From: Octopus sinensis
Taxonomy: Eukaryota
Direction of reading: 5' to 3'
NCBI RefSeq assembly: GCF_006345805.1
Contig: NC_043007.1
Span: 6,944,001 to 7,008,000 of the forward strand
DNA length: 64,000 nt
Position 1 is the stretch's first letter, and each line of letters starts with the position of its first letter. The translations under genes were made by a program, and so were the position numbers. Positions 37,865 to 51,525 of this stretch are shown here, one piece after another. Below the pieces are notes generated by a model. It did no database searches, had not been told where the DNA came from, and was given only the letters and a program-made list of their open reading frames with translations.

Positions 37865-38531
37865 ATGCAGTACGACTGTTTCAAGCGACACCATTTAATT
37901 CAACAATGCAATCATTCCATCAAATTAAATGTAGTACCATTTTCAGCAGCACAAAAAATAAATGGAATTTTAACATGTAGGACACATTAATACAATTTTT
38001 CTTAGATATTTTCACAGACAAGTAGATGGAAGAAATTCATGTTGTCGCTATTGTAGCTAAGAATAGACTACAACTTCTATGAATCGCATGGAGCATATAC
38101 ACCACTTTCATTTTATATCATGGATGAGAGAAACAGCGTAGTGGTGTAAGGGCTGCAATTCATTTCTAATCCATTTATCACTTTATCAACTACTAAATCT
38201 AAGCCTAGAAGACTGTCCAGTTTGAATAAAGAAACAGAATGAGTTGACAGCTCATGGCTAAGTATGGTCATAAATATTATTGTGTGTATCCCTTTCCCTG
38301 CTCCATGCGATTCTTAGAAGTTGTAGTCTTTTCTTACCTACAATAGCGACAACATGAATTTCTTCCATCTTATTGTTCAGTTAAAATATTAAAAAAAAAT
38401 TATATTATTGTGCCATACTTGTTAAAATTCCATTTATTTATTTGTACAACTGAAGATGGCATTGCAGTTAAATTCATGTAATGATTGCATTGTTCAATTA
38501 AATGGAGCCGCTTGAAACGGTCATACTGCAT
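37865..38531. mobile_element. Foldback element, about 230-bp imperfect inverted arms and about 200-bp spacer
   Basis: 37865-38095 is the reverse complement of 38299-38531. The inner 70 bp are nearly identical. Confidence 0.8.
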
Positions 38532-40104
38532 CAGTATGCACCTATGTACACATTTATTATGTGTGTATGTATGATTCTTCATGTGGCAATATTATGATAT
38601 TATCTGTTTTGTCATATATTATATTTTTCCAATTTCCTGTGTCCTATAGTTAAGTTTCGATATATGTTTGAGATTTGATGTTTGTATTTATCTTTGGCGC
38701 CAATGAATAGTTGTAATTATAATCTAATCTCTGGCGCCTGCTTCTTGTCTGATAATTTCCAGGCAATATTTATGCTTTTTTAAGCTGCTAGCACCAGCAA
38801 ATAGAATGATAGTGTCCAAGTGTGGAAACTATGACTATAACTGTGAAGCCGCTGAAGATGGGATGTATACCTTTTTTTCTGTCTTAGTTTACTCTGAACC
38901 TTTTGTAACTTGTGTTCTCATGGTCATAAGTTATCTCTCACTGAAATCCTATTAGTTCTGTTAAGTATATTACATATTTAGAGGCTTCTTATTTCTCGAG
39001 TACTTCTGCATACATATATGTGCATGTTCATATGTACATGCAAACATATATAATATCGTCCAATTCTAAAATATAAAACAATGCAAAAATGCGTGTACTA
39101 CATTTACGACCAGGTAAAATGAAAAGAAGTTTAACCTTTCGAGTCTGCGCTCCGAGTTAGAGACTATAAATGAGGATGGAAGAAAGATGGAGAGCAAATA
39201 TACGTCTCGCAGTTACACTTTGAGCAGTCTGATATGACCGGTTGAGGAGGAAGTTGGCTTGAGGTGTGGATAGTAAATCAGACAACACATGTGTGTCTGT
39301 GCGCAAGGACGTGTGTGTGTGTGTGTATGAAGTTAATGTGTGCGCGTATATATGTGTGTATGGGAGCGTTCGTGCCATAGAATATAATAGGTAGATAGAT
39401 ATAGTCTCGTCTAAAAACTCCCAACACATACACACCTACACACAGATATTTATGTACTCCATCAAATTGATATTTCAAACTGACCCTCCCCAAACACGCC
39501 GTCTTTCGGTCTCACACTCTCACCTTCCTCTTTCTATTTGACTCCTAGCTTTCTTTCCCCCCCTCTCTCTCTCTCTCACTGTATCTTTATTTCCAACGAT
39601 CACATATAGAATAACATACGCTTATTTCTAACTGGTTTCGTATAACAACATACACAATATCCGTTCCCAGGGATCAATGAGATGTTTCTATCATACAGAA
39701 AGCTTTCAGTCAAGTGCATCTAATTTGCACAGGGACAAAGTTGCAAAACAACGAGAAGATTAAGAGCTTCCACCTGACATTATCGGATTTTTCACCTGCT
39801 TCATCAAAACGATTTTTTTATATTTTTCACTATTCGTCTTTCTGTTTTGTTGTTTTTTATTTTGTTTTTGTTGTTTGTTATATTGCCGCATTAATTTCGA
39901 TTATTTTTTTTATGATTTCGCTTTTTCCTGTCTTAGTAACAAATACGCACACCCGAACACACATACATACACACGTACACACACACACACAGACACGATT
40001 GTACACAATCCCCAGTGTTTGTACTCTCTGCCTGACTTACGCCCGTTTTCTTTTTATTCTTTGTGTGTTTGAGTGATAGGAAGAGAAAATACACACACAC
40101 ACAT

Positions 40105-40136
<32 letters not shown>

Positions 40137-40598
40137 CTGTGTTTACAGATATATCCATATATATATAAATACACACACATAAACATATATATATATATGT
40201 ATGCATATACGTATATATATATATATTTACATGGGTGTATGTGTATGTATGTTTTTTTTATATTCATGTGCGCATTTATTTCGAAAGTAATGATTAGGTC
40301 ATTAAAGTTAGGTGGGGCTTTCTGATTACATTCAGCTCTGGAGCAAGTAGAAGATTTCTATAATTCCAAGTTATATTATGAGACAAGGACAACCGGTAAC
40401 TATACGAATAAACAAAGCAGAAATACAAATATATATATGCAAATACAAGATTAGAAAATTAGTAGATCAAAACGGTCATATATATATGTAGGCATGTATG
40501 TATGTATGTATATATGTGTAATTTGTATACGTGTAGGTATGTATATATATTGTTATATATATATATAGATAGATAGATAAATTTGTATAGATATATAG

Positions 40599-40643
<45 letters not shown>

Positions 40644-40841
40644 CATATATATATAAATTCATGTGTATGTATCTATCACGTATGTATACGTATGTGTTTA
40701 TATCTGCTTGCTTCTATTAATACAAAATACCACTACCTCGTTGCTACAACGACCTTATTTTTTGTTATATTTTCCTCCTATTGTTTTATATATATATATA
40801 TATGTGTGTGTGTGTGACTGTTTGTGCGCGCACACGTGTGG

Positions 40842-40911
<70 letters not shown>

Positions 40912-41574
40912 CATATATATATAAACACGCATATATATTACGATAATAAAACTTTTTATTATCGTATGTGTATGTTATCTGCAAGCGTACCTTCCCCGGT
41001 GATGTTCGTGATGACCTGCAAAACCTGTTGGAAGATATATTACAATGACAAGCTATCAGAAAACTGCTATTAGTTAACTATAGATTTGCACTGCATGTGA
41101 TTATAAGCACCCACGTATATGGATGACATATATATATATACATACATATATACAATTCAGTGAGAGTGAATCTGAGATATATATATTGATACATATATAG
41201 GTGCGTGTGGCTGTAGGTATGCATCATTGTGGTTGTTTGCGAGTAATAGGTAGTTTGATAGATACTTACACACGTCCTTGTGCGTGTGCATTTGTGCGAT
41301 TTATTTTGTGTGCATATGTGTGGTTGTAAATTAGAGCAAGAAATGAGAGCTCTCGAAACTGAATGTTTTATTATATAGTTTATAGAAAGTTAAAGCCTCA
41401 CAAATCGCTACAAGGAGCTTATTGTTGCTTGTCATAAAATGTTTATGAATAATGGTACTTGATAAAAGATATGAATCTTATGTCTGGACATCACAAAAAA
41501 TGTTGTTTGGGTGAAGTGAATCCCAACCATATAAACTGTGAATTTCCACGTCGAGAACTTTCAGTCGTACTCAC

Positions 41575-41635
41575 CTTGTCTATGATGACGGAATATCCAG
41601 TGTACGGACATGCTAGCCGATCACTTGGAATATCC
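41575..41635 (-). other. Candidate 61-nt internal exon (DIPSDRLACPYTGYSVIIDK)
   Basis: Acceptor cttacacttctgttag|G, donor AAG|gtgagtac, one open frame. No homologue recognised. Confidence 0.3.
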
Positions 41636-41733
41636 CTAACAGAAGTGTAAGACTTCAAATTCACTTTACCTTAATTAAATTATTATAAATAACTTGAGAT
41701 ACTCATTCTGCCTTAATTTTGATGTCCATTTCC

Positions 41734-41766
<33 letters not shown>

Positions 41767-44700
41767 ACTACCTGTTCCTAAAGCAAGTGTCTTTATATTC
41801 TTCCTCATCAAAGTCGTGTGCATTCAATGAAGATAAACTAACAGTTAAAATAAACATCATTTTGAAAATGGAAACTTTGTAAAAACACCACCAACTTTAA
41901 ATTATAATGATTTTGTTATATCCTAAATAAAGCAGGATTCTTTTTTACAATATTCCCTGTTATTGTTCTTCAGGCTTGTATAATATATTCGAGATTATGA
42001 GTATGTGGAATAAAAAGGAAAAAACTTTTGGCGTATGAAAATCCAATTCTCTCGCAGATAAAACTGCAAGAATCCTCATAGCTTTTTACGACTCAGCGAA
42101 AAATGAAGAAAAAATCACCGCGTATCATTGTGTTTGAATACTTTTTAGAATTTTCAGTTTTATGTGAAATCTAAATATATTTTGGTTCTTCGAAAACAAT
42201 TCCTGTTTTCAATATGGCTACAATTCAGTGAATGCAAATCAGTAGTTTCTTCACATGAAGCATTATACGCATTACGGCAACATATTGGTTTTTACTCTTT
42301 TTTTTTATAAATTTGAGAAAATATTGCTAAAATGTACACAAAAGGCAAACCCAAAATGGAAAAACAAGATGGAAGCCCATTGTTCATTTGCAAAATTTTT
42401 TTCCGACGTTTCTTCGTGCTTTAGAAATCTGATCTAAGTCCCAATAAGTTAGAAACATTTTTGTTTGAGATTTACATTAGAAACACGCAATCACCGTAAG
42501 AATATATTCATAATTTCTTTTTCATCTTTTATTGCTTGTTACGATTATTGCTGGGGTGTCATTTTGGAGGCATTGCCATCAGTGGCTTTGATCGTTCATG
42601 CCCTGCACATAGGTCTTATCGTGTGACTAAATTATATTTTTAAGGCCGCAGCATGGATGTAGTTAAAGACATTCTATTATGTCTTTAGAAAATTTTATAA
42701 AATACATTTATAAAATACTAACATGAGATTTAAACCTGAATTACCTGTTGTTCAAAATTGCATCTACATATTTGCTTCCTTACAGAAATTATATTTATGT
42801 AAAGGGCAATTACTGAGAATCGTTTATTGTATTGAATCATATAAGAGGGAGTCAGTTGCGTTCCTTCTAAAGTGTGTTAAGTGGTATAGAAACATATAAC
42901 AAATAATCAGAAATTCTGTATTGGGTGCGGCAATGGCCATGCGAGTCAACCTTGCCTTCTATCAAACTAAAATTCTCACTTCATATTAATTCATATTTGC
43001 AACTGTTTGCTGTATTTATCATAGTACGAAATACTGTCAGAAAGCTAATTTCTCGAAAAACAGTAGATGTAATAAGAATTTGTAATGCTGGAGAACGTTA
43101 TATAATGTCGGTTTGTGTCTCGGGAGCCGCCTTAAACTTTTCTAATGAAAGGGAAGTCTTTTTGACACGTTATTATTTATAACTTCATTCTATCCGCGAT
43201 TCACCTTTCCTGAAAAGATATGTCGTTCAAAATTCTTTCACAATAACAACAGACTACCCAAATGGCTGTCACCTCTATCTCCATTCCAAATTATTTTTCC
43301 TTATATCCAATACTTAATAGGTGCTGATATCTTCCATATATAAAACGAAGATTCGGATGCATAAGCAGATGTTAATCGTTAACGCCTGCTGTTTCTAATG
43401 TCAGGGATGTTTTATAAAATGTATTAAATGATAAAACTAATCGCAAATGCAGATTTACTTCTATGAATAATTTTCTGTGGTTGAGTGACATTTCAAGATT
43501 ACATTAACAATTCAAATTGATTCTGTAATCTCACAAATACCATTAATTGACTTTAAAATACAGATGCGGTCGGTTACTTTCACATAAACTATTAAATACC
43601 CAAAACCATATTCTGGCTTGTATTGCGTAAAGTTTCTTACTTTACGCTGTATTACCAGGAAAGAAAGCTAATTCCTGTTTCTCCGTAATTTGTTCTTTAC
43701 GTCATCGATCTGTCAACTCTGGAGCATCCCCAAGTGATTAATCAATATTTTAGAAAATTCTACTCTCTATTAACAAGACTAAAATAGGGTTTCTATACAT
43801 ATAATTCATTTTTATTTTCGTGCTGTTGAACGTGTTTAAATGAGGAAAACAACATCTCAGTTTTATTAATTATGGTAATTAGCCCCGCCTCTATTATCAC
43901 TATTCCCAGGGAACGTAAGAAAAGCTACCGACGGAATGCTTTGAATACAATTGGAATTAAAACGGTTTCGGAAAATGTATATATAATATTTTAGCATTCA
44001 CATTTAAAAACGAATAAAAGCTTGTCTTTATTTCTAACTCTAAATGTCGTTGAGGTGATGCTACAAAATGGCTTACACGGTTTTGTTCCACATGCCGTTC
44101 AAATTCGATTGACTTCCTCTTATATATATATATATATTTCGCTAAATATTTAAACAACCGCGACATTCGTGTTTTTCTAGTGCTCTCTAAGGTTACATTA
44201 CCGAATGCTCTACTGTGTACTCGCTTAAATAAAGGCTGTCGTGCTTTTTTTTGTAGAGATTGGGCAACTAATTCCTTTGAGCAACTATGATATCTGCTCT
44301 CTTTGTTTCAATGTGGTACAGTAAAGCATATGGAGCGGATATACTTGAAGGTAGCTGCCTTCATTAATCAATTTGTGTGTACTTACTCCTATTACATGCA
44401 TTGCTTATGAGAATAGTTTTGTTGCTTTGGGAAAAGTCATTTAAAAACTGAAATGGAAACGAGTATGCACCTTAATTATTTGCTCTCTTATTCTTGTACT
44501 TACCAAATTACTCTCAAATTATAGCTTAGATTCTCTCTCAAAAAAAAAGACAATTTTGACAATGTAATACTGAGTAGAATCACTCTGTTTAAAGTTATGA
44601 TGGTCGTGGCAGGATTGTCTTGAATAAGTGTATGCGAAATCATAGCTGCCAACTAGCATGTAAATAATGTTCCTTATTTAAAGCATTATATAATATTTCT

Positions 44701-45070
44701 TGAAAAAATGCCTCTTAAATTGTCTGCAATTCAATATTTGCGTTAGATTCATATTTCGTTTAAACTAAGTCGCCTTTGACACATAATTACGAAGGATATT
44801 AGAAATCCTATTATTTATAATGTAATAGGACAATTGATCGCTATCATTTTGAGAACACAGACATTTTTCGTCCATATTAGTTGCTCTGATGCTTGGTTCT
44901 TTCCTAAATATGTGTGTTTGTGCGTGTATGCATGTGTATGTATGTGTATGTATATATATATACATATATGTTTATATATGTATGTATATATCTATGTATA
45001 TATTTATAAGTATACATCTATGTATATATATGTATGTATATATCTATGAATATATATATGTGTATAAATG

Positions 45071-45263
45071 GTAAATCCCCCAAAATATGAACAGAGGCAA
45101 AAAAAAACCAACGCGAGGACGTGGTACATGTAAAGTATTAGCAGACGCTCAGAGAAGGACAGAAAAACGGATTAACGTTTCATGCAACGCTCTTCTTCAG
45201 AATCAGAGTAGAGTCCAATAGAAAGGAAGATGGTGGAAGAAAATCAGCAACGATTCACATGTG
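45071..45263 (-). mobile_element. Diverged family A module, inverted relative to 45391-45600
   Basis: CAACGCGAGGACGTGG...GACGCTCAG...TTAACGTTTC is the reverse complement of the family A landmarks. Confidence 0.65.
45170..45204 (-). ncRNA. Hammerhead motif, stem II partly decayed
   Basis: Minus strand GATT-CTGAAGA-A-GAGC(GTT)GCAT-GAAAC-GTT-AATC. Perfect stem I and core, one stem II mismatch. Confidence 0.55.
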
Positions 45264-45277
45264 TTTACGTGATGCAT

Positions 45278-45325
<48 letters not shown>

Positions 45326-45354
45326 ATGTGTGTGTGTGTAAATAGATATATATG

Positions 45355-45390
<36 letters not shown>

Positions 45391-45393
<3 letters not shown>

Positions 45394-45600
45394 ACCGCGT
45401 GTGTACCGCTGGCGATTTTTTTCCTCCGTCTTCCCTTCTCTGGATCTTTCCTTTTCCTGTGTTTCTGACGAGGAGCTCCGCTCGAAACGTTAAACCCCCC
45501 TTCTTCCCTTCCTTCCTGAGCGTCCAATAACACTATATTTGTTCCACGTCCTCGCGTTGTTGTGTTTTCTCTTTGTGTTTTCAGGTTTGGATTAACTATA
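45391..45600 (+). mobile_element. Family A module
   Basis: Aligns by eye with 219-410 (TACCGYTGGCGATTTT...CCTGAGCGTCCAATAACACTAT...GTTCCACGTCCTCGCGTTG...AACTATA). Confidence 0.75.
45461..45495 (+). ncRNA. Minimal type I hammerhead ribozyme motif (family A, best copy)
   Basis: GTTT-CTGACGA-G-GAGC(TCC)GCTC-GAAAC-GTT-AAAC. Perfect 4-bp stem I, 4-bp stem II, GUU cleavage triplet. Confidence 0.78.
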
Positions 45601-47827
45601 AATATATGTATATGTATGTATATATGTGTGTGTGTGTATATACATATATATAAACGTTATATATGTATATATATATTGATTTGATCTAGTTTTAGCACAT
45701 GATTTGTGGCCATGCTGGGGTACCGCCATTTCGTGTTCTTACATAACATTTATTTCACTAATTATTTTCCAACTTGACATTTGGTGAATGAGGAAGTTTG
45801 ATGTTGCTGCCCTCATTTGCACTTCCTGCTGTGAAGTTGGTTCCCCTGGGACTCCTGACAGTAAGCATTATGCAGTGGTGTCCTGTTCTCGCGTTAGTGT
45901 AACATTCAATGCTAAAGTTTGGGACTAGTCCCTACAGGATCTTCCAAATATATATTACGGCATGTCTTTCCAACCTACGCTCCAGGGAATAGAATCTGAA
46001 TATCGTAAGTCTTTGCCAGTAGCTTACATGCTGCATAGAGGCTATGTATGTATATATATATGTGTGTGTATATATGTGTATATATATATATATGTACATA
46101 TATTGATATATGTGTGTACATATATTTATATAGATATATATGTAAGTATATATATGTATGTAAAGATTAAATGTATGCGATATTCTACTCGGCGGTATTC
46201 AGTGATACTTCAAAGGAGTGTAAACAAGGTTAGGCTGCTTTGTGTATATGTATAAATCTATATAAAAAGCATCAAATTTATATATGCATGATATGTGTGT
46301 GCCTGTGTGTGTGTGTCATTTTTCTTGACAACGAGAGACTGCGTCAAATGTCAGAGGATATCTCGCTGTAATGATTATCAATAGATTCATGTTAAAACAG
46401 TCCAGGAATTGATCTTACCCTCCTTTCTCTACAACAATCAAAAGAATTAGAAAATTGTACCAAATTTTCAAGAAACAATGGAATCAGCAGCAACGTGAGC
46501 AACGCCGACGTCGTCCCTTGCTTCTCTGAAACATCATCGATGACGAAAGCATTTATGTAACATTTTCGCTTAAATCCTCTTTGAAAGCCATTAGACATTT
46601 CTCTCCTAGAACGAAAAGGAAACAAAAATATTCATAACAGCATATTGAATTTCAATTGTAAAAATTGTTCTCTGTTTCAGCTGATATCACTCACAAACCT
46701 GTAATTTTATTTACTTCCATTATTCTAGGAAATATGTATGAGACCATAGGATGAAATCAACTGTGGCTAAATTAATGTAAATATGAATAACAAGTAAATA
46801 AAAGCATGCACATACAATATACACACAAGCATTATATATATATATCTGTGTGTGTGTGTGTGTGTGTGGATCTCAATGTGCGTATAAATGTGCCTGCATG
46901 CAAGTGTATATAGGTCTAATATCAATACTTAAGATTCAATATTTGTACTTAAACATGTGCGTGTCTGTGCGTGTGTGTCAGTATGTATGTACGCGTGTAT
47001 GTTTCTCAGTATAGTTTTGTATGTATGTGTGTGGGTATACTTATTATTGTATATGAATGTATGTACATATATATATATATATGCATCACATGTACATATA
47101 TACATGTATATATGCATATATATGTATGTAATATGCATATATATAATTTGCCTATGTATATATTTACATATGAATATGCATATATATGTGTGTGTGTGCG
47201 TTCGCGCGCCTGTGTTAGTCAGTGTTTTGTATGTGGCACGCTGTGCGGTTGTTGCTCCGCGTAGGTAAGCGAGCGGAAAGGATGATTAGAAGCGAGTATA
47301 AAGAGTGCATAGATGTGCATGCATTTTCCTACTCGTAATTGATGTGTATCAAACACAAAATAATGGCAAAGTGAACAATGACAGGAAAAGAGAAATATGG
47401 GGAAAGAGAGAGAGAGAGATTAAAGGAATATGTTTTCATTTCTGTGTGTCAATTCTACTTATGTGTGTGTCTGAGCAAAGGAATGTGCGTTTCAGTAAGA
47501 AACAATCTGCATGTGTGCACTTAAGTAGCGAAAAGAAATACGAAATGAATCGTGATGCAACATAAGATTCAGAAAGCGGAAATTTTCTGCACTTACATAT
47601 ATACTCAACAACATGCGTGTATTTATAAACCGCCTTATAGGTAGAGATACACAGCCGAAAATGCACGCACATAGTCGTATATCTACACAGACATACATAC
47701 ATCTGTGAAAACATACATATAAAAGAATGTGACCATATAAGTATATACATATATATATATATATATATAAAAAAAAAAAAATGCGCAACTCCATTGTCTC
47801 CCGAGACAGAAAGGATGCCAATACAAT

Positions 47828-47886
<59 letters not shown>

Positions 47887-48449
47887 CTGATATGTAATGT
47901 ACCAATGTTCCCTATTTGCTCCCACTCTCTCATTCACTATTTCTTTTATTAAAATACGTCCTTATTTTTTTTATTCCACGACTTATTTTACAATATATAA
48001 AAAGAAATCGGTTGAGAAGATGGACACACTCATATTTCAATGGGATTTCAGAACTGCTTTCAGGTGTCCAAAGTTTATATATACCTGCAGCCGATCCGGT
48101 ACAAGCGGTGCAATCTCGTGATTGAATCCCGACAGGAACACGTGTGAAGTGTTTCTTTGAATCTTTCGTTCATCAACTCACATCCTGTTAATGGCTACTA
48201 ATTGCAATGTTGCCAGTGATTGCTATTTAACTGTTAACGAGTCAGTGAGAAAGCGTTTATGCTGCGGTTCGACTTGCAAGGAATGGCAACCAAATTCCGT
48301 CAAATCTAATTATATTTCTGCTCCATCAGAATTGACATGCGATTAAACAAAAGCACGGAGAACTACTGCTGTGTTGCCGCGGTTGCCGTTGCTACTACCG
48401 TTGACTAATAATAATAATAATAACAATAACAATAATAATAATAATTATT

Positions 48450-48717
48450 ATAAAGGCTAAAACCGGAAACAATTCCTATTACAGTAGGTGCATTAGGTAT
48501 GATAAAAAATATTCAGACAAATGCATAACAAAAACACCAGGACTTACAAATATATATAACATACAGAAAACAGCACTAGTAGGCACTGTACACATCCTAC
48601 GTAAACCACTTTCAATACAGTAAAAATAAGAGCATCACAACAAACCACAGCACATACCCAAGGCACACAGTGCTGCACTTAGTTGTGCAGCGAAATCACG
48701 TGATAAAAATAAGACTA

Positions 48718-48720
<3 letters not shown>
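48450..48720 (+). mobile_element. R4/Dong C-terminus and 3' UTR with (AAT)n tail
   Basis: ETIPITVGALGMIK / KCITKTPGLTNIYNIQKTALVGTVHILRKPLSIQ*, tail 48721-48776. Confidence 0.8.
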
Positions 48721-48777
<57 letters not shown>

Positions 48778-49081
48778 TAAAACAGCAACGACCTGACTGA
48801 TAAAGAAGTATTTCTTTTAGCTATCTATTATCGGATATCTAAACTATTTCTTCCTTGCAATTTTCTCTAATCATAGTTGACTGTCATCTCTTCTAAGAAC
48901 CTCGTATGTCCATCATGATGCTATTGTCTACGCATATCTATTTCTGCTTCTTCCATTACTGAACATTATTGAACGATCTGAGCAGAGGAATGCTTGCAAG
49001 GTTAACTGTCGTGTTTTCGTGAATAACATATCAATATATTTAAATAACATTCCAATGCCATTACACAGTACTCCTATACAG

Positions 49082-49139
<58 letters not shown>

Positions 49140-49958
49140 TAATCCATAGTAAATGGGGACTGCACTAAAAATTACGTTTTCCAAAGTAGTTTCAACCGAT
49201 TTCCAGAAAATCTAATATCAAACACCATTAACTCCGATTCCAATATGTCCTAACCAATATTTATAAAAACCTGAATTATGGAACATTCACAATTTTAAGA
49301 GCATGCATTAGTTACAATAAATAAGATCCATGTTATATTAAAGAAAAACAAGGGCTTCGTTAGACACGAAATGGATGTGAAATATATGATATTAGACACT
49401 GGAAGAATCAGCATTTAGATCAAAAATATTCAGCGCATCCTGAAAGGTTTGTCTCTGCTGACACTCAAACATTCACATTTTATTTCAACTGACTTTCGCG
49501 AGTCGAGATCAAATCATGCTATAATATAAATGGAACATTATGAGATTGGAGATGACCAATAGCGGGTTCCATTTATGCACTCGGTTACTTAATATTAATG
49601 TTATAAAGTTGACAATGTGTCGTTGAAGTAGATTATGCGTCGAACAAAATATCGTGTCGTATTTTGTGGTTCGTTCTTTTCCCAGTTTATTTAGAGAGGG
49701 AACATGAATGTCCTTCCCCTGTTACTTTCTAACTCACACAGTTACAGTCTCATGGTGGTGATTATACCACTTGGCAAGAGTTTAATTTTTATAATGTTGG
49801 CATATAACCAGTGTTGATATCCGCCAACTTTATCATGCTTTGATTCATACTCCACTTTTGGTAAAAAGTTTACACTCACGGGCTATTATTATTATAACTC
49901 ACAGCTTATTTTGCTGGGTCAGCGATCCACGCGCTTCTCTCGACCGGGCCCGTCGCTC

Positions 49959-50114
49959 CTTTCAGTATCCGTCTACCAAATCCACTCACAAGGCTTTGGT
50001 CGGCCCGAAGTTATAGTAGAAAACACTTGCCCAAGGTGCGACGAAGGGAGAATGAATTCAGAACCATGTGGTTGGTAAGTAAGCTACTTACCACACAGCC
50101 ACTCCTGCGCCTAT
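49959..50114 (-). mobile_element. tRNA-derived SINE family 4
   Basis: Minus strand ATAGGCGCAGGAGTGGCTGTGTGGTAAGTAGCTT...ACCTTGGGCAAGTG. Confidence 0.8.
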
Positions 50115-50139
50115 GTACATCTCTTGTTTAAATTCTTCT

Positions 50140-51028
50140 TTAGTCACACAATTCTCAGTTTTGAAGACGCCAGCTTTCTTAGAGTGTGTCAACAGTGGCT
50201 CCACGTCATTTTTTATATACCACCCTAAGTTTTTTCCTCCTCTTGGATACAGTCCTGACAACTGATCAAACTTCTCGCACCCTTTCTTCTGGACAACTAC
50301 AGCCTATGGGTGTCCAACTTAGGATGGACTGCCCCGTATGCAGTCAACATTTTTCTAGTCCTGGTATCCATTTTCTTTACTTCACCCTTTCGACATTTCA
50401 TAATTCCTGCTCCATGTCGAAGTGATGCTTTCGCCCAGGTAGTGACTGCTTCGATTTTATTTCATCCAGTCAATTTGAGTGCAACACCAACCCTAGTCTT
50501 CGGAAATATTCCATCCTCATCTACCCTTTCAATTCTTTTACTATTATCTCATTGAAGTCTAGTGCACGACGAATGTATCCTTCCATTTCAATTTGCTTAA
50601 TCAAATCTCTATTCGGTAATTCTATCTCTGTTAAGGACTGTACCTTGCCTCTTTTTAGATAGACTATTTCGCAATTCTTAAGTCAAAATTCCATTCTAAT
50701 ATCAATACTAAAACAGTGGACCGCGTTCAAGGAACTGACTTGTGTCTCATCTTTATCATACAGTTTAAAAATCGTCCATGAAAAGGAGATGGTTGATTAT
50801 TTGGGATTTTTCCTTTAGTTGGTACCACAGGTTCATTTTCCTAATTACCAAGGTCAGGGGTCTCATGCAGAGAACAAAAAGCAACGGAGACAGGATATCA
50901 CCTTGGAAAATCCATTTTCTGATACTCAGCGTGCCCAAGCTTTTTCCGTAAGGTGTCAGTTCAGCTTTTCACCTCATCATACTTATCTCTAGAAAATACG
51001 TTACATTCCTTGAAATTCCAAACAGAAA
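50140..51028 (-). mobile_element. Second R4/Dong RT fragment
   Basis: FGISRNVTYFLEISM, IRKWIFQGDILSPLLFVLCM, INHLLFMDD, KRGKVQSLTEIELPN, DTRTRKMLTAYGAVHPK, with frameshifts and stops. Confidence 0.88.
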
Positions 51029-51046
51029 TATTATTATTATTATTAT

Positions 51047-51098
<52 letters not shown>

Positions 51099-51099
51099 G

Positions 51100-51140
<41 letters not shown>

Positions 51141-51259
51141 ACTACTACTACTACTATCATTATTACTACTATTACTATTTATTACTATTGTTATTATTAT
51201 TACTACTACTACTATACTACTACTATTATCATCATCATCATCATCATTATTATTATTAT

Positions 51260-51292
<33 letters not shown>

Positions 51293-51315
51293 TATTACTA
51301 TTACTATTATTATTG
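51029..51315. repeat. Compound trinucleotide tract (TTA)-(CTA)-(CTG)-(TCA)-(TTA)
   Basis: Direct reading. Lies between R4/Dong fragments. Confidence 0.95.
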
Positions 51316-51474
51316 TGATACACACAACAGATTAGAAAAGAGAAATGTCTAATATCGGGCTACAACAAGTAATCTAAGAAGCCAAGAACCCTCCAAAGTG
51401 TCCCAGCTGTCACTAATAACATTGTTTTCTGGAGCAGTACCAAACTGGCTTTTATATTTATTTCCTCTATTCCT

Positions 51475-51478
<4 letters not shown>
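51316..51478 (-). mobile_element. R4/Dong 3'-terminal fragment
   Basis: Diverged paralogue of 51560-51690 (ATCGGGCTACAA...GCCAAGAAC...TCACTAATAAC), followed by (TAA)n. Confidence 0.65.
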
Positions 51479-51506
<28 letters not shown>

Positions 51507-51525
51507 TATTATTACTATTATTATT

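Noticed and set aside
46419-46525. Candidate exon KQGTTSALLTLLLIPLFLENLVQFSNSFDCCRERR, or a 10-nt microexon
   Set aside because: Good splice sites but phases do not fit the neighbouring candidates, and it cannot be told from chance without RNA data.
50953-51323. Poly-L, poly-S/N and poly-A/V ORFs of up to 121 aa
   Set aside because: Compound trinucleotide tract between R4/Dong fragments, open on both strands by construction.
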